DNA of 61,465 bases, filler included, from Sphacelaria rigidula (Eukaryota): assembly GCA_964200075.2 (NCBI GenBank). It is 6 parts of 6 records of this genome, joined end to end, with 100 filler letters (N's around TTAATTAATTAA, not from the genome) between each part and the next. Parts side by side here need not be neighbours in the genome. Positions count along the whole stretch, not along the records: positions 1 to 10,163 come from CAXNAA020007007.1; positions 10,264 to 20,426 come from CAXNAA020007008.1; 4 more parts are not named here. One strand, 5' to 3'. Positions 1 through 13,200 of the stretch are shown here, in pieces. The number at the start of each line of letters is the position of its first letter. Position 1 is the stretch's first letter. The notes beneath the pieces are model-generated. The model saw only the letters and a list, made by a program, of their open reading frames with translations, had not been told where the DNA came from and made no database searches. Made by a program: the position numbers and the translations under genes.

Positions 1-109
1 GGTTTTTGGCAACCGAAAAACCTAATTCAAAAACCCGGTTTCGGCTGGCAAAAACCGACCGAAAAACCGACTGAAAAAACGAATTTTCGGTTTTCGGTTC
101 ACAACACTG
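1..109. mobile_element. Terminal part of a CAGTGTTG-ended (hAT-like) MITE, truncated at the scaffold start
   Basis: Near-exact reverse complement of 51110-51206. Terminus CAGTGTTGTGAACCGAAAACCG with repeated AACCGAAAA motifs. Confidence 0.65.
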
Positions 110-1835
110 GTAAGCATGCACCAGTCACGGGCGCTGAAATCTATACATACGACTGTTGCCACACAGACTGCATCGAAAAATGAACGTGCTTCACTAGAAA
201 GTGCTGGTTTAAATCGTGTTCCAACCCTTTGCATGCCAGGTGGGTCATCTGTTGAATCGGTACCACTACCCTTTGGAGAAAGGACCAACAATAGAACTCA
301 GATGACCCACTCTGGCCCTCCACGGGTGAGCCCTCGGGCTGCGACCCCCACACACGTAACGCCTTTGGCACACGTGTGGTTTAGAATAGTGGTGTGCTCG
401 AAATACGAAACGCCTCTTTACATGGACACGTGAATGCTGAGCAACGAGTCAAGTCCATGCTTACGTATTTATATGTCTTCGCTGAGCCGTTTTTGCGGGG
501 TACATGCTTTCATGCTTTGCAAGCGGTGCACGTCGGAAGCCACCACTGTAACGATACATGCAAACGACACATACACTCCTTTTCTATATTTTCCCAGTCG
601 TGGTACTTCCGGGGCAGTGCTGGCACACCTCGACCACCTTGTGCTTCTGCACGCATGACACACCGTCTCGACTGTACATGTCTCCTTTTTGTACTGTCCG
701 TACTACTGCTACTGCTGTACTGTAAACACCAACTTATGCCATCAGCGGCTGATTCCGACATGATACTGTAAAGCAACCAGCCTTCCATCCAACCCCAATA
801 CACACAGTCTATTGCACACTGTTTTTACCTCTGATCAGTTTTCCGCGCCAACACTTCAGACAGCAAGTACAGTGTGCACCTATCTTGACAGCACAGGGGC
901 GCAGTCAAGGGCTAAAAAGTGAAGGCCACGCACAGAGCAAAAGAGCACCTGCTACTTCTTTATTTATTCGTCTATTTTCGACCGCACTTCCACCCCGCCC
1001 CGCCCCCCCTCCTCAAGACGAGTCTGTGGTCTCAAGGGATCATTCCATGTCTCACCCGATACACGCCTTGCACTTTGGACTCGCCGATTGGATGAGCACC
1101 CCCGCACCCCCTCAACTATCGTCAAACAAACTCTTATCAAGCTCCAGGTCACACACGAAGAAAAAGCTCAGACGTCCATCTGGCGAGAATGGATTCCGCG
1201 TTGTTCCCACCCTAATCGAGTCAATCTCCCCACTGGACCACCGGGGCAATTTGTGTCGCGTCGTGGTTGATTCAAATGGTCCGATAACGCTACGGTGTGA
1301 GGTGGGTGTTTTGGACGTTATCTGGAACGTGATGACCAAACTGACCGATCAAAACAGGCAAAATGGCCGCTCTCCGCCCTTCGGCCTTGGATTATTTCCT
1401 GGAGACTTTGGAACACGCATGGCTGACTTTTGATCTGGGACGAAACACCGCCCCCGTCAGAAACCACGCCTCCATCCGTTGGAAACCCCCGGATATCTCT
1501 TGGTTATCAAGTGGCGAAAATGTTCCGAGGAAATACTCGCAGCCGGAGAGGTTTGTTAACTCAGAGAGAGGGTGAAGAAAAACATACAATCGCAAAAAAA
1601 TATTACTTCACCGCAAGCAGAGAAATGTGAACAGATGACGACGTTTTAGCAACGGAACTCAGGAACATTTCAACTATGTTCAACAGAAAATCCCGAACAC
1701 TAAAAGTGAGCCACATACTCAGTCAAGCCAGATAGATACGAGTAGGTGATACTCACGGGTTGGCTCAAGTTGCAAAGAGTCAGCCGAATGGTGCTGTGGT
1801 TTATCGCGGGAGACGATAGGGTCACTAACTCTCAC

Positions 1836-1916
1836 CTCTATCGGTCCATAAGACAACCCACTGGCCGTCACACCCGCTCTCTTCGCAACCCGGTCCCCGG
1901 TGATGTTCACATGCTC
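1836..1916 (-). CDS. Possible further exon of the coiled-coil gene (EHVNITGDRVAKRAGVTASGLSYGPIE)
   Basis: gtagcag acceptor and GAG|gtgaga donor, 81 nt, phase 0-0, open frame. Confidence 0.4.
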
Positions 1917-2308
1917 CTGCTACAAGCACGACAGTCAATCCACCAAACAAAGGTCGAGGGCTGATGACTTCAGTTACGGTATACCAAGAAAACGATACAC
2001 GTCTTTGATACTTCAGTAACCTGCACGCCTCTCACTGCAGGGGCCGACATACACTGCCCGCGATGGAACATGACACAGCACTTGCGATATTCCATGTACA
2101 GTAGTAAGTAGGCGAACCAATCATGCTAGCACCACACCGACAATATCTCCCGAAGGCAGAGGCGCGCAGGCGTGTAATCGTAGAGTGTGCCGTCTACGGT
2201 ACTACTGCACGAACAAACCGCGGCTCTCATCGTCAAGACTGTTGTTACACTGCTGTCGTACCAACGCAACGTCAACAACGACAGCAACAGCGGCACGTGA
2301 TCATCTAT

Positions 2309-3704
2309 CTACCGCGGTGCAAATATTCCATCCATCGACGCTACCTTTTGTTGCTTCTTCAGCAACGCCCTTGCTTCTTCGACCTCTCGTTCGCGGGCGG
2401 CCACCTCTTCCTCTTTCCTGCTGATTACTTGCTCCTTCCCCATCAAACTGTCCTTGAAGTCCGTCAGGTTACGCTCGGCGGCAGCCCTTGCGTCCCTCTC
2501 GTCAATCAGCATGCGCCGCAGATCGGTCACGGTCGCCCTTTGCTCGTCGAGCTGGGCGGCATGCTCCAGCTCGAGCAGAGTCAGTTGATGAAGAAGAAGA
2601 GCACCATCCTCGCGCGCGTCGCGGAGCTCCGCCGCGTGTTGTTCCTGCGAAATGACAGAATTTATTGCACTTCTAGTTGGTTGAAATAATGCCGTACTCT
2701 ACTGTAATGTAAGCACGTGCCAGTCACCGGCACTGCAGTTGTTAGCATTCCACCGCACGGACAGCAGAGTGATGGCGGAGCAAAATCCATGATGCGCGCT
2801 GTGTAGTGCAGCGTAGTGCACCGGTCAGTGAGTGACAAACACAGAGCAGCCAACATCCGCTTTCCCATAGAGGTTTTGATCAAATATATTTCACGAGTAC
2901 CGTACTGTACTGCGATGCGTGTTCGGCACGGGATGCCGGACCACTCTCAAAAGACACGAGTAGATGTGCTGCGTGTTGTCATCTCATCTATTCTGGGCGC
3001 CAGTGTACACCTTTCGGTATGTGTGGGCGCATCAGACGGGGTCACACAGGAGAAAGGTCAAGTCAGGAGCTCTGATTAATGTTGTCTCCAAGAGGGTTCA
3101 GCGGTCTCTTTCCCTCGTCGACCGTGAAGTCGAATCTCGTGTACCAACGGCATGGTCGCTCTCCACTGTTGATGTGAGAAAAAATCCCAGATCGTGTGGC
3201 TTCACTCATCAAGATTCGAACCCACGCCCCAACCGCCAGAGGGTCTCGAGGTTACCAACTGAGCCACCGGGGCGACCAGTTCACCCATAGCAAAGTCAAC
3301 GCACTGCACAACTATATAGATATCGCATCGTATCATACCACACCACACCACACCATGCGGATAGCGCGACACAACACCATAACGCGGAGCAGCGATGTTT
3401 CATCAAGACTCACCATGTACTCGCGAAATTCTGCCTTGACCGATTGGAGCTGCCTGCGGGATCGGAAAGAAACTCCGACACCCGACACCAGCGCTGATGC
3501 GCCGGCAACGAGACCCATACTCCATGCGGAGGGGCTGAACATGGCCTGCTCCGCGGCCAACTTGGCCACGGCCAGAGCGTGCTCCGCGGCTACCTTCTTC
3601 ATCTCTTCTTTCGCCACGAGGCGCATGGCTGACGCGCCAGCTGCGCCGCCAAGCCCGACCCCGGCGGCGATGAGGTGACCGGCGGCAAGCACCGGCAAAG
3701 GCAT
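2309..3704 (-). CDS. Spliced gene for an unknown protein with a hydrophobic N-terminus and C-terminal coiled coil (exons 3414-3704 and 2309-2644; about 208 aa)
   Basis: ATG at 3704 (MPLPVLAAG...). Donor ATG|gtgagt at 3414/3413 and acceptor tttcgcag|GAA at 2644, a phase 0 join. Exon 2 is E/R/A/K-rich (EQHAAELRDARED...EEEVAAREREVEEARALLKKQQK). A possible alternative donor AAG|gtagcg near 2345 would lead to a further exon at 1836-1916. Confidence 0.7.
2964..3277 (-). mobile_element. tRNA-derived SINE copy inside the intron of the coiled-coil gene
   Basis: On the minus strand it begins GGTCGCCCCGGTGGCTCAGTTGG (A box), followed by GGTTCGAATC (B box). The body matches 47336-47726 and 50585-50943. 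Confidence 0.8.
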
Positions 3705-6700
3705 ATTTCCTCCCAGTCTCCTCTGCTTCTGCACCCGCCTGCCTGGGCACGTGAGACGAGGTGAAAGACGTGGGGCGGGGGATGGGGAGCGGTCTAGTCA
3801 AGTGAAATACAAGCCTGTGGCAGTCGAAATCTTATCGAAGGTGGCCTCTCGCTGCTCGGCACTCTGAGGCGTCATACTGCACATCACCCGCACACTATTT
3901 TTCTACTTACAGATTTACACTACGTGTACCAGACTCTTGCTCTTTGTGCCCCTCGGTAGACTGAACAGACAGCCCACCGGCAACAAACGTGAGGCAGGAG
4001 GTGGCGAAACGGAACATCGCCGCCAAGACGCATCACTGAAATTTCGGCAGCTACTCAACGTGAGAAAACAGCATGGCTAAATTATCTCTCAGCAGAAGTG
4101 TGCCTACCCCCACACTTGGTGTACATGCTCTACACCACAGTAGTACACAAGATATGGTACGGCGCATGGTATACACCGTACCGGATATCCCTAGGAAAGG
4201 CTAAGATAGGTGACCTTTGCTTTATTAGTCAGGTGTGCGACGGCATCATGCGAAGCTGCCTTCGCTTGAATCTGTCTGCCACTATCTCATCTCTCAGATC
4301 AAATCTTAATCTATACATCATCGACACAAGTAAGTGATAAATGGCGAACGGCTGTGTTTCATGCTCTTCAAGCCCATCTTTCACAGCTCGCTGCCAACAC
4401 CGTCCGGTTTTTCGAGCGCGATCCTGTACATGAAGTAAACCATACAACGCGCGGAAGTACCACTGCACCCGCCTACAGATCATCAGTACGCCGTGCGCGG
4501 CGCGCGATCCAGCGGCAATCAAGCCGCACAAGTCCTACATCGAACTGCTCCTCACGGCATCCACCACCTACCTCACGGCCCAGCCCCCCAGCGGCAACTG
4601 CTGCGTTCTCAACCGATCATATTCTGAAACTAAGCCAAACCTACTCAGTCTGTACATCGCTCTCGAAGGTCGGCAACCAAAGAAAATGTGTCTTGTGCCC
4701 CGTCACGTTGTCGAAAGGGGGCATAACTAAGCTATAGTACCATCAAGGCCGAAGTGAGAGCTGCAGCAAACACATGACGCACGCACCTGCACTGCACTGC
4801 ACCGATTACCTCCCAGGATCCGGAGATCCTCTTCTTTACCCCGACCGCCCGGTTTGTTGGTGTGCTCAACTTTCAGGCTTTTCAGTGTCGTTTCGCGCGA
4901 AGTTAGGAGATGACTTTCGTATGGAGAACTTGTGTGCCCATCTTGCCCTATCCACGAACAATAGGATACGAGGAAGAGGCGTTTTTGTGTTGCTGCTGAT
5001 TCAACCATGAATACCAAAAACAGTCCGATGAGGCACATCGTCCACGATTACATGGCAATAGGTCATGCGTGGAACGAAACAGGATCGTATTCATCTGTGT
5101 GCCTGTACGAAATGTGTTGCTTCGTGCCCCGCCCTTGTGCTACATATTGTAATGGTCCGTTATATGCCATGACTAGGCTGTTGTACCATCTGGTGTCGCT
5201 TTCACTTTCAGCTATTACTGCTGAACGAGCGTACAGTACAGTACGGGCCAGTACCGTTGATATTCGGTTACGGTTGCGGTGACGCACTGACTCGGTCGAT
5301 CGAACAGAGAGAATAAGCGCAGCTCTTCCTTTCTCAATCTCTCCCCACAGCACTAGTACGGCCAAGGTATGAAAAGCTCCAGTGAGGGTCCATCCTGGCG
5401 CCCGTATGCTGCCGTTGTTTGGCGACTCAAACCACACCAACGTCGCAGTAAAGCAAGGTAATCCGCAAGTCTGCACCTGTACCAAGATATCTCATCACTG
5501 CATGAAGACCGAGTGCGTTGTTGGGCACTACACAGACCCAAGAACACATTACCTGCGCAGCGCGTGCGGTTTGAACACGCCCAGCTTGTACGCTTTTTAT
5601 CGAGCTCAGTAGCTGCATGTTCTCGGGGACTCGCACAGGAGCTACAGCACAGGCCAGCCATCTCTCCGTGTTTTCTTCCACAGCGATATCTTGACAGCAC
5701 ACTAGCGGACACGAACGTACAGCTAGCGGACGAAGCTGGGTAGAATGTTGACGGGCAAGAACACGCGGCGGAGGGGGGGGGAAGAAACATCTGTCGGCAC
5801 GGGATGTACGAATGACAGCCCCGTCACGAAGCAGAGGGCAACGACGTATCCCCACGAGTGTGCAATGCGGTGGAGAAGACGTGGGACGTTTCCCGGCTGA
5901 CCCACGTTTCTCCGAGTTGTGACGCTCGGAACCAGGCACTATCTCTATCTTTCCAAGCGAACAGCATGATACTTTCTTTACGAAGATTTTTTTACCAAGT
6001 TGGCAACGCCCAATATATATTATCGCTTTCCCCTTGTCCTAAAACCCACTAAACAACAAAAACTCCATTCCATTCCATATTCCTTCAAAGTATCATTACC
6101 ATGCCACCTCATCACCGCCACGTATCAAACTCAAAATACAAAATAATCAAACAACACACCTTTGCAACAAAGAGCATTTGCATCATATTATAGCCTTTTC
6201 ACCTCCAAAGGGGGGCCTACAGGAGTGCTCTTTGCGTTATGGCGGACTAGTTAGAGTACGGTAGGTTTGCACACAACGAACTGGCCGATCGATAGATATA
6301 TGCATGTATGGTGATTCGCCTTGGATCCCGTTGGGAGAGACCAGGACGCTATCCCGGCGCAACTGCCTTGTCTAGCCATCAAACGAACATCTTCGTTTGT
6401 GAACGACTCAACGTTTACGATGGTCTAGGTCCAGCATACAGTAGTGCACCGCTAATGACTGGAGAAAAAAATATGCGAACTCGGATAACTAAGCTGGAGA
6501 TACAATACGGGCGGTAACGCCTGAATGGCCGCAGGCAAACACTCACCAAGGATCGAGACACATTTGACGTAACCGCACGTGTCGTATAGTACAGTAAACC
6601 GTTGCGGCACGACAAACCAGCAGTGTGCGTGAGAGATCGCGGTGTGACTGCGGAGCATCCCGTGGCGACAAGAAACCACGTATCCCAGTCTATCCTCACA

Positions 6701-6729
6701 ACCATTGTACAGTAGCAAAAGCTTCAGAT

Positions 6730-8040
6730 CCTCAAGACTTCACACAAAGAGTACCAGTAGTCCTGTACCACACGAGAAATAAAGTGATACTCCGCTGCCG
6801 ATTTAACCACAGACAATGCCAGTCCATCTGCGGAGGGGTCGCTCGTGAGGACAAAAGTGCATCTCCCAATATATCTTCACGGGTATTGAACACCATTGAG
6901 CTCCCGATCATCAACGCTTCACGTATCACGTACAAGTAGGTACCCTGCATCACTGTAGAAACAAAAGTGAAACCTGCTGCCAAGTTGACCACAGTCGCTG
7001 CCAGTCCATCTACGGAGAGGTCGCAGCCAATGGCTTAGCCTACCCTGCTCTGAGCTCCGGCAGATGGACATCTGAATCTGACACAGCGTTCTCTAAAGGG
7101 TCATCATAGTACAAAGTGATGGTACTCAAGTTTACCCCGACACAATCAACCATCGGAGGTCTACTGAGAATGACTCCTGGGTTATTGTGGATGGCCCCGT
7201 CGCCGCGAAATCAATGGTAGTTGGCAGATCATAGAGCGCTTTTACAAGTGGAACATGACCGGAAAAGCCGTGCCACACTGCGATCGATGGAGTCCTGTGC
7301 CCGCCCACGATGTGACTCGCAATGCTCGCAAAGTCTGAGACCCACGCCAACTCTGGGTTTCAAACTTAACAGCCCAGACAGCAGACAATTTCGTCGGTAG
7401 TTCAAGGGTATGGTTCCGACACTGCCATACATACTCGGCCGCAGTCCATGTCTCAGAGGTTGACTGGAATCTCAAAACGGGGGTCAAGCGGAATGCAACG
7501 AGGGCACACACCGTATCGCAATGCATATCGAATGTCAGGATGAGTATCGATAAAACTACGCCGCTGTGCACACAAACTCGCCTGGTTTATACGGAATTGG
7601 AGAGAGCTCATCTTCAAGTAAAGTAGTGTGTAGAGCGTACTCAAACGTGCGTGCAGCAACTGCAACATGTGTTTGCGAGAGCTCATCATACAAATTCCGC
7701 CGACATGTACATGTACCTTCCACATCGCGGTCGTTGCCCATCAAACTCCGACCTCCCGCCAGCCGCTTCATATCGCTATTGGAAATGTACACCAAACGAC
7801 GCATGTTCCCAACGTTTCCGTGCCCCTCAATGGTTGATTCAACACGTTTTCACCGTTGCCCCGGCTCATCCGTAGCCCCAGCAAACCGCAGATGCCTGTG
7901 GAGTAGGATGCCGCCTTCCAGTACTGTACTTGTACTGCCGCCGGTAAACCTTATCCGACCGATGAGTGATGTCATGGTCGCCTTGAGGGAAAACGGTCTT
8001 GATACAAGTATAAACGCTGGAACTGCTGACGACGTGGATT
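6730..8040 (-). pseudogene. Decayed intronless coding-like sequence of unknown family
   Basis: Successive minus-strand ORF pieces continue through stops and frameshifts (MTSLIGRIRF..., ...LYDELSQTHVAVAARTFEYAL..., ...FIDTHPDIRYALRYGVCPRCIP...). An internal ~35-nt duplication (6808 vs 6990) encodes P.MDW..LW. Confidence 0.35.
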
Positions 8041-8332
8041 GCGTGTGAGAGGGATGTTCGTTCCATCCCAGCAGGTGCTCTGGATCCCGGGGAGGAAAAA
8101 AAAGGAGGCAATATCGCCTGGTAGAGGCGTATCGCGGAACGAAAGACAAGAGCATATGCGGTCAATTTTGCAGTCGTCGTGCTCTTCCGGGTGAGATCCG
8201 CTTTTTTTGCTTGATCGGGCGGTGGACATTCTCCGTGTTTTGTGGATCTCCGAAACTCTTCCGAAGTGCAGTGTATTTTTTTAAGCCGCTTCGTTTTAGT
8301 ACCACGGTACAACTTTACCATCATAGTACTAC

Positions 8333-8515
8333 GTGGCCTGGTTGGTAACCTCCAAGCCTTCTGACGGTTGGGTCGTGGGTTCGAATCTCGGAGCGTTCTG
8401 GGATATTTTGTCACATGATGCCTAACAGTGGAGAGCGTAGGGTACACAAGATTCGACGTAATGGTTGACGAGGGAAATGAAATACTGAATTCATCTCGCG
8501 ATCAAAAATAAAAGA
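8333..8515 (+). mobile_element. Partial tRNA-derived SINE head
   Basis: GTGGCCTGGTTGGTAACCTC...GGGTTCGAATCTCGG matches the SINE head at 47336. Confidence 0.6.
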
Positions 8516-8521
8516 TAAATA

Positions 8522-8800
8522 CACACGCGGCCGTTTGGCTACCCCCAAAATTCCTCCAGGTGGGTAAATTTTTCGAGCCTCAAGAGTAATTAAACGTCTT
8601 CGGAGGGGTGCGCGGCCTATTTTTGTCCCTGGAGGGCGACGTATTCCCCCAAATGCCTCCAGAGGGGGGTGCGCGGTCCTTCAGATCGGTAGTGTTCATC
8701 ATCCTCCAGAGGGATTGAATGCCTCCGGAGGCTTGTTTCTCCTCTGGAGGGCCGCGCATTCCTCCAGAGGCATTTTGGGGGGTAGCCAAATGGCCGCGTG
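8522..8800. mobile_element. CACTA/EnSpm-like MITE, copy 1
   Basis: TIRs CACACGCGGCCRTTTGGCTACCCCC / GGGGGTAGCCAAATGGCCGCGTGTG. Many internal CCTCYRGAGG palindromes. Confidence 0.7.
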
Positions 8801-8899
8801 TGTCATTTTCATTTTATTCAAGCACCCCCCTCCCCCCCCTCTTACACACAGATTGGAGTTCTGATAAGGCGGCGGAGAGTATCTCGCGAAATATACATT

Positions 8900-9550
8900 A
8901 ACAGGGCGAACACTCGGGTCACTGCGTGTTGTGAAAAAATTAATGACTCGAGCACACGAGTCATGGCTCGTGGTACAAAAATGCATGACTTGAGCAACGA
9001 GTCATTGCTCGTTGTAAAAAAATCGTGACTCGAGCACACGAGTCATGCCCGTTATGTCATTGCGCCTTGTGAAAAAGTTGAATTACTCGAGAACGAGTCA
9101 TTGCTCGTTGTACTGCAAACAAAACTAACACACGCGGCCATTTGGATACCCCCCAAAATGTCTGCGGAGAGATGCGCGGCCTTCCCGAGGGAAAACATGC
9201 CTCCGGAGGCCTTCAACCCTTCTGGAGGAAACCAAACACTACCGACCTGGAGGGTCGCGCATCCCCCCGCAGGAATTTGGGAGTATGCGCGGCCCTCCAG
9301 AGGCAAAAAGAAGCCTCCGGAGGCGTTAAATCCCTCTGGAGGAAACCAAAAAATCTCCTCTGGAAGGCTGCGCACCCCTCCGAAGGCGTTTAATTCCTCT
9401 GGAGGCTCGAAAAGTTTACGCACCTGAAGAAAATTTGGGGGTAGCCAAATGGCCGCGTGTGAATGACTCGAGCACACGACTCATACTCGTTGTACTGTAA
9501 AAAAACATCCACGAGTGCACTTGTTTCAACGAGTAATGACTCGCCCGATG
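8900..9550. repeat. Array of ATGACTCGAGCACACGAGTCAT-type palindromic repeats, interrupted by a nested MITE
   Basis: The motif recurs at about 8943, 8985, 9026, 9083 and 9463, on both sides of MITE 9129-9461. Confidence 0.6.
9129..9461. mobile_element. CACTA/EnSpm-like MITE, copy 2 (nested)
   Basis: Same TIRs as 8522-8800, flanked by a 2-bp AA direct repeat. Confidence 0.75.
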
Positions 9551-9868
9551 TGTGGAAGTTTCCCACATTTGTCTGTCGTGGAGTCACCTTTTGGACATTG
9601 GCGACACAATGAGATGACTCGTACATGTGGTGAACAGAAGGTGCCGGGGTCGAATCCCGGCTTCCATCAAAATCGATTAAAAAAAAGCGAAGTGGGGACC
9701 AAAAAGTTGTGAAAATGGTGGTAGACGAGACAACTACTGGTGAGTTACTTGATCGAAGCGGGATTCATCAACCCACAGGAAAGTTTTCTGTGGAAATGGT
9801 TGCATTAGCAATCCACCACACGTAGGCAGAAGACATGTGAAGAAAGGAGGACACCTTGAGTGACGCTA

Positions 9869-10067
9869 CGGTAGGGGTGCACAAATATTTTCTGAGGTTA
9901 GAATTGCCAGGAGCCCTGTATCTCATGCAAAACAATACTTGAGAAAATATTCAAAAGTACGCCAGGACTACTACTCCAATGTGCTGGGGATATCCCGAAG
10001 GAATTTGTAAACGGGGATGCCCTGACCCATATTTTTGTGCATCTAGAATCGTTGGGTACCCCTACCG
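9869..10067. mobile_element. Tc1/mariner-like MITE (CGGTAGGGG termini)
   Basis: TA|CGGTAGGGGTGCAC ... GGGTACCCCTACCG|TG, the same termini as 19759-20027. Confidence 0.5.
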
Positions 10068-10163
10068 TGGCATTGCTCACCCTCACAGCTAGGCGGGGAA
10101 GAAGGTGACCTCTACAAGCCACTTCTCGCCGAAAGAGTGTACGAAGACACTATGTAGGGAGGG

Positions 10164-10263
10164 NNNNNNNNNNNNNNNNNNNNNNNNNNNNNNNNNNNNN
10201 NNNNNNNTTAATTAATTAANNNNNNNNNNNNNNNNNNNNNNNNNNNNNNNNNNNNNNNNNNNN
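10164..10263. other. Artificial scaffold spacer N44-TTAATTAATTAA-N44 (also at 20427-20526, 30687-30786, 40947-41046, 51207-51306)
   Basis: Identical 100-nt spacers with a six-frame stop linker, separating pieces of non-increasing length. Confidence 0.97.
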
Positions 10264-13200
10264 CGTCGCCATCAATTTTGGCGAAACTCGCGGGCGACGC
10301 ACACGTGCATACAAATCATAGTCGCCTACTTCGAAATTCGGCAATTCCAGCCCCGACGAAGACCCCTCACGTCTACGCGCGCGTTCAGCCGCAACACGCA
10401 TCTGCACTTGAACGTGGAAACGTTCTTGCAAGTCCACGACTCCTCTCAATGCACTCTTAATTCGAACATCGTCCAAAACATCACACTTCCATTCCCCCGC
10501 CGGCGAGGACGGCCAAACATCACGTGATACGGCGTACCATCGTACCGACGGCGATATGCTGTATTTAGCGCCCATTGCAAAGCGGGCAACACGTCCACCC
10601 ACTCGGTGACCTTTCGACGCTACTCGAGAAAAATGAAGCGAAGAGCACGAACGACTTCCTTTACCATGCGTTTGCAGGTACCGTTAGACCACGGAAAATA
10701 CGCCACCGCAAACTGGTGATCAACTCGCAGAGCCTCCGCAACCGAGCCAAGATCACAGTCTTGAAATGAGTGGTGGTATCACTCACCCACACAGGCGGCA
10801 CCCCCAACGTTTTGCACCAATTCAGCAAAGACGCAGCAGTCGATTCAGCAGTGGACACTGCTACTGGTTCTAGAACCACAAAATTGCTCAAATCATCCGT
10901 GATTATTACCAAAATGTATCGAAACCCAGCATCCTCCGACAAACCTCGGGAAGCTAGCGGGTCACTTTCGCCCACGTGCAAGAAGTCAAAATGAACGACT
11001 TCACTCGGCGTGGTCCCATGAACCGTTTCGCCGAGCGGGCGGGAAACAAAATCGTCCGCCCTCGAGTGAGCACAGTGAAGACACAGGCGGACAAATTCGC
11101 GCACATTAGTTTCTATCCCCTGCCAGACACAAAACTCTTGCGAGCGCGCGAGCGTCGCAGCCACACCACGATGCCCGGCGTTGCGCATGTGCGCGCAAAT
11201 CATTAGTCATACCTGCAACTGCGTGTCAGAACTCGGAATCCACAAAACGTTTCGGCCACGCACATGCACACGAAACAGACCTCCATTGTCCAAGATAGCA
11301 GTATCAACGTCACACTCGAAAGATTGCACATCCGCATCTTCGGGCCCAAGGTCTTTCTGTTGCGCTTGGCGGACAACAGATTTGGACGGCATCGAGTCAT
11401 CAGGTTCGCACGGACCATACACAGCCACAGCGCGCGCAGGCAAAGTAGGAATATTTCCCCAGCGCGACAGCAAGTCACCCCACGCGTTACTCTCACCCGA
11501 AATATGACAAATCGTATACCGATACTGTCCTAATTCTTCTTTCTACCTCTCCAATCGCTGTGCCAACGCCTTCGATACAGACGTCACGCATGCCTCCGGG
11601 TTGAAAATGTACGCTAGAGTTCGGTGATCCAAGAAATGTGTACGCCATTCCACAATAAATGCTCGAGACGACGAAAGTGCTCACGATAGCAAACTCTTCC
11701 TTGTCAATGGTTGCCCAACGCATCTGCGAACCTTTGAAATTACCACTCAGAAAAGGCAGCGATTCATGCGTCATGTCTTCAACCGGCAACCGTTGTTACA
11801 TTTGTGCGTCAGGCACCTGTGTTACAAAACTACCATAATGACACTCGGATGCATCTGGAAACATCAGTACCTGGCAACCGGAGCGGGGATGGAACAGCGT
11901 CACGGCATGAGCCACCAGATCCTTCGCTACCGCCCATGCCTGCAGCCTGTCCTCCGTCCACGAGGCGGGTGGAATAACACGAGTTTTTGTCACCCGCTTC
12001 GTGCGCCTTGCAGCCCCTACCATGAGTTTTTGTAGGAAACCGTGTAAGGGCGCCACTGCTTCCGCCATATATGGCGACGAGGTACGCAACCAGTTCATTG
12101 CGTGCAGGAATTGCATCAATTCTGCGGCTGTTTCTTGACGCCGCATGTCAGACAAACCTTAGCAAGCGGACCGGGTCATGCGAGACGCGGCCGTGTAAGT
12201 ATACTTTCCCACACCACACTAGTTCACTAGCAAAAAAGGTACACTTGTGGGCAGCTGCAAACATACCAACACTCTCTAGGCGAGCCAAGATTGTATCAAG
12301 CGTATCCAACAGTTCGTCTTTCGTATCCTCGAAAAAAAAGACACCATCCACCCAAATCTTGCAGTACAAGTAATCTAAAAGGTCTACCATGACACCTTGA
12401 AAATAGGAAGTAGCATTCAACACGCCTTGCGGTACTCTTTGCGGGTCAAACATGTCAAACAGAGTCGTGATGGTGTATATCTCTTGCGCCTCTTCGGCCA
12501 ACGGCATCTGCCAGTACCCCTGTAGGAGGTCCAACTTACCGAAACATCGCGCACTCAACAGGTCTATCATGTCAGATTCCTGATTGGGCATGACACCCGG
12601 CGACTTCTCCACCTGATCATTGATGGCTCCGTAATCGCTGACAAGACGGAAATAGTCCTTCTTCGGCACCGCCATCGCTGGACTGGACCACACCACCTGT
12701 AGATTCCTGAACACCAACCCAAACGCCACAAGAGCTCCCATGCAAGAAGCTAGCCAACTGGACTTTACCGGATTATACCATCGCGGTTTCGTCTTCACCG
12801 CGGACACCCCAGGTTTTGGCTGCACACGCATGGGCTCCACGCGCGCAGGGGGATCACCCCGCAGCGCACGACGAAACGCGTTGACGCGGCAATGCAATAT
12901 ATCGCGCAGGCGCTCCGCTTTTGACACGCTGAGGCTTTTCACCCCAGCATCCGTCACGCTCTCCTCCAGCGCGACTTTCCGAGCGGACTCCTCATCCGCC
13001 GGATCAATAACTATCTCCGGGCCACGCTCCACCAAGCGTTCCACCGCCTCATCACGCTCCTTGGACACCTGCCCTCCCGCCTCCTGGAGAGCATCAACCG
13101 ACACGCTCACTCTGCGACTGGCCAAAGAAGCAGGCGTCTCGACACTCAAACCGGGCGACGGCATTTTCGTATTTAGGGACTCCAAAAACCGATCATACGG

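Noticed and set aside
9625..9670. tRNA-like T-arm GGGGTCGAATCCCGG
   Set aside because: No supportable D-arm or acceptor stem; at most a decayed SINE or tRNA fragment.
10208..10219. TTAATTAATTAA as a biological motif
   Set aside because: It is a synthetic six-frame stop linker repeated identically in all five spacers.
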